Below are positions 61,534 to 64,000 of a DNA stretch of 64,000 nt, piece after piece (positions within the stretch are counted from its first letter, which is position 1; each line of letters opens with the position of its first letter). The stretch comes from an uncultured delta proteobacterium (lineage in GTDB: Bacteria > Desulfobacterota > Desulfobacteria > Desulfobacterales > UBA2156): NCBI GenBank assembly GCA_963736855.1, contig CAVTQK010000021.1, positions 160,001 to 224,000 on the forward strand, in the 5' to 3' direction. The notes under the pieces are model-generated. The model saw nothing but the letters and a program-made list of their open reading frames with translations. It did no database searches and had not been told where the DNA came from. Position numbers and translations under genes: made by a program.

Positions 61534-61623
61534 TGAAATCGTAAAAACTCAAAATTAGGATGGCAAAGTAAAAAGCTTCAGATGCAGTGCAACGCAGCAG
61601 ATGGACTTTTTACGAAGCCATCA
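61531..61623. mobile_element. MITE-like repeat, internally deleted copy
   Basis: Matches 31315-31469 minus the segment between two GATGCA hexamers. Confidence 0.85.
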
Positions 61624-61640
61624 AGCTTAGAGATTCGATA

Positions 61641-62528
61641 ATGGCTGGAGAGATGAAAGAGGCGTTTTGGCGGTGGACGGAGTCAAACTGGAAAAACCCG
61701 GAGATCGACTGGAAGAAGGCCAAATTCATCGCGGTGGGCATCGATGTCGGCTCCGTCAGCTCCCAGGCGGTCATCATGGCCGATGGCGAGATTCTGGCTT
61801 ATGGGAACATGCGTACCGGATCGGACAGCCCCGATAGTGCCCGAAAAGTCTATAATTTTGCTCTGGAGGTTCTGGGAGACATGCCGGAGGACCGGAGAAA
61901 TTATTGCATCGGAACAGGATACGGCCGGGTCAACATTCCCTTTGCGGACCGAACTGTCACTGAGATCGCATGCCATGCCCGGGGTGCCAATTTTGTTTAC
62001 GGCCCGCAGGTACGGACCGTGCTGGATGTCGGCGGACAGGATATCAAGGTTATCCGGTGCGACGAAAAAGGGAAGGTCACCAACTTCCTGATGAACGATA
62101 AGTGTGCAGCCGGAACCGGGCGGGGCATGGAGGTTTTTTGCGACCTCCTGGGAATCCCCATTACCGAAGCGGGGAATCGAAGCTTCTGGTTCAAAGGTGA
62201 AGAACCGGAGGCCGTATCGAGCATTTGCGTGGTCTATGCCAAGTCAGAAGCCACAGGCCTTTTAAGGAAAGGTTATACAACGGAACAGGTACTTGCCGCT
62301 TATTGCAAGACGATGGCCCAGCGCATTTACTCTCTGGTGGAGCGTCTCGGCGTCAAACCCGAATTTGCCGTCACCGGCGGAATGGCTAAAAACTGCGGGG
62401 TCATGGAGCGACTCATGCGGATGATCGGCACCGAAGGAATGAAGACCCGATGGGACACCCAGATCGCCGGTGCCATCGGGGCGGCATTATTCGCCCATAC
62501 CCTATGCCTAAAGGGAAAAGTAAAATAA
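61641..62528 (+). CDS. bzdQ: ASKHA ATPase activator, BzdQ/BcrA-like
   Basis: FWRW N-terminus, GIDVGSVSSQAV, MRTG.DSPDSA, TGYGR, MNDKCAAGTGRGME, SSICVV. Confidence 0.85.
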   Translation: MAGEMKEAFWRWTESNWKNPEIDWKKAKFIAVGIDVGSVSSQAVIMADGEILAYGNMRTGSDSPDSARKVYNFALEVLGDMPEDRRNYCIGTGYGRVNIPFADRTVTEIACHARGANFVYGPQVRTVLDVGGQDIKVIRCDEKGKVTNFLMNDKCAAGTGRGMEVFCDLLGIPITEAGNRSFWFKGEEPEAVSSICVVYAKSEATGLLRKGYTTEQVLAAYCKTMAQRIYSLVERLGVKPEFAVTGGMAKNCGVMERLMRMIGTEGMKTRWDTQIAGAIGAALFAHTLCLKGKVK

Positions 62529-62563
62529 ACAGCTTCCCATTTTCTAAAAACCGGGGAATCCAG

Positions 62564-64000
62564 ATGGACACCGTCGGTTTGATCATTGACGGAAAAAGCA
62601 TCGAAGTACCGGCAGGCACCACCATTCTCGGGGCGGCTAAAAGCATCGGTATCTACATTCCCGCCCTGTGCCACCACCCGGATCTACCTCCGGCAAAAGG
62701 GGTTCCCTCTGCTTCAGCCATTTATCAGGGTGCCGTCCGAATCGTAAATGCCGCTCTCCACGAAGCCGGTAAAGAGTGCAGGTTATGTATGGTGGAAGTG
62801 GAAGGGGAACCGGATCTGGTGGAATCCTGTTTTACTGAGGCCCGTGTCGGTATGGTAGTGGTTACCCACAGCGACCGAATCCGGCAAAAGCGACAGGAAA
62901 ACCTGATCTCCATCATGGCGCGCCATCGTCACAGTTGTCTCACCTGCGCCCAGAAGGAGGGGTGTTCAAGGACCCAATGTTCCGCCAATGTTTCGGAAAA
63001 TGAACGTTGTTGCGAAGAGTTCGGGCACTGCGAGCTGCAAAATATCGCCGACTATATCGGCATTTCGAATGCCACGCCCCAGTGGGTTCCTACCACCATC
63101 CCCATTCTTTTCGATGAACCCCTTTTTAAACGGGATTACAATCTATGCATCGGTTGCACACGCTGTGTTCGGGTATGCAGGCAACTCCGGGGAATCGAGG
63201 CCATCGGCTTTGTTTACGATGCCGCCGGTCGGGTCCAGGTCGGGTCCCTTGGGCTTACGTTGGCGGAATCGGGATGTAAGTTCTGCATGGCCTGTGTTGA
63301 AGTCTGCCCCACCGGTGCATTGATGGAAAAGGACGTGGAAGCAGGGAAAAGGGAAGATGATCTGGTCCCATGCAGAGCCGCTTGCCCTGTCCACATCGAT
63401 ATCCCGGGCTATATCCGGATGATCGCTAAAGGAAAAGCGGATGCGGCCAATGCCATAATCCGGGAAAAGGTTCCCTTTCCGGGCATCCTTGGGAGGATCT
63501 GCATCCGGCCCTGTGAGTCCGTATGCCGCAGGGGAGAGGTGAACGAACCCATCGCCATCTGTGCGTTGAAGCGTTATGCCGCATACCACGAGAAAGGGTT
63601 ATGGAAGAAAGGGCTTACCCTCGGAAAGGATACCGGCAAGCGGGTTGCCGTAGTGGGAGCCGGACCGGCCGGGTTGACGGCGGCATTTTATCTTCAGAAA
63701 AAAGGGCATGCCGTCACCGTTTTCGATGCCGGCGCTGAACCTGGCGGGATGATGCGTTATGGGATTCCGGCCTATCGCCTGCCTTTGGATGTGCTGCAGA
63801 AAGAAATCGATGAAATCTTCGATTTGGGAATTGAATTCAAGCCCAATATGCGTCTCGGCAAACACATGCAACTGGAAGATCTGAAGGCGGAGGGTTTTGA
63901 TGCCGTATTCTTGGCTATCGGCGCCCAATTAAGCCGGCGGATCCCCCTTGAGGGATGTGATCTTCCCGACGTGATATGGGGAGTCGACTTCCTGAGGGAT
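62564..64000 (+). CDS. Fe-S/FAD oxidoreductase ([2Fe-2S], 2x[4Fe-4S], GltD/NfnB-like), runs off the window
   Basis: Open frame from ATG 62564 to the end: IPALC, CIGCTRCVRVC, CKFCMACVEVCP, PCRAACP, GAGPAG, RYGIP. Confidence 0.92.
   Translation, partial: MDTVGLIIDGKSIEVPAGTTILGAAKSIGIYIPALCHHPDLPPAKGVPSASAIYQGAVRIVNAALHEAGKECRLCMVEVEGEPDLVESCFTEARVGMVVVTHSDRIRQKRQENLISIMARHRHSCLTCAQKEGCSRTQCSANVSENERCCEEFGHCELQNIADYIGISNATPQWVPTTIPILFDEPLFKRDYNLCIGCTRCVRVCRQLRGIEAIGFVYDAAGRVQVGSLGLTLAESGCKFCMACVEVCPTGALMEKDVEAGKREDDLVPCRAACPVHIDIPGYIRMIAKGKADAANAIIREKVPFPGILGRICIRPCESVCRRGEVNEPIAICALKRYAAYHEKGLWKKGLTLGKDTGKRVAVVGAGPAGLTAAFYLQKKGHAVTVFDAGAEPGGMMRYGIPAYRLPLDVLQKEIDEIFDLGIEFKPNMRLGKHMQLEDLKAEGFDAVFLAIGAQLSRRIPLEGCDLPDVIWGVDFLRD

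Noticed and set aside
1..64000. CRISPR array, integron attC array, tRNA or rRNA
   Set aside because: No regularly spaced repeats or RNA-gene signatures noticed; manual reading could miss a short RNA

Overview
Bacterial chromosomal window. Gene content points to an anaerobic Desulfobacterota-like organism (inference). No rRNA, tRNA or CRISPR array was seen. From left to right: (1) 0-5 kb, two ~175-bp direct repeats (hairpin plus promoter-like motif) bracketing a GC-rich block of two-component genes and gene debris; (2) a glycerophosphodiester phosphodiesterase; (3) a GC-rich 11-subunit complex I operon (nuoABCDHIJKLMN) followed by a flavin-less NuoF/HydB-like mini-protein and a 1200-aa NuoG/GltD fusion in place of nuoEFG; (4) pseudogene debris; (5) an AT-rich signalling island with MglA, MglB, further roadblock, DUF4388-like, winged-helix, PilZ and acidic proteins, then a GGDEF protein, an output-less zinc-ribbon/HAMP receptor with an orphan binding protein, and a HEAT/HD-GYP pair; (6) octaheme HAO-like cytochrome, OmpA, rlmI and an unlisted ribosomal protein THX gene; (7) an AOR locus with moeB/moaD, IclR and its probable operators, a degenerate AOR paralog and an orphan MetV; (8) cydAB, meaB, bzdPQ-like activator genes without adjacent bzdNO, and an Fe-S/FAD oxidoreductase cut by the window edge. 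A MITE-like repeat occurs as two copies plus a fragment. Four genes carry single-base frameshifts at short homopolymers. All family assignments come from motif recognition by eye, not from database searches.
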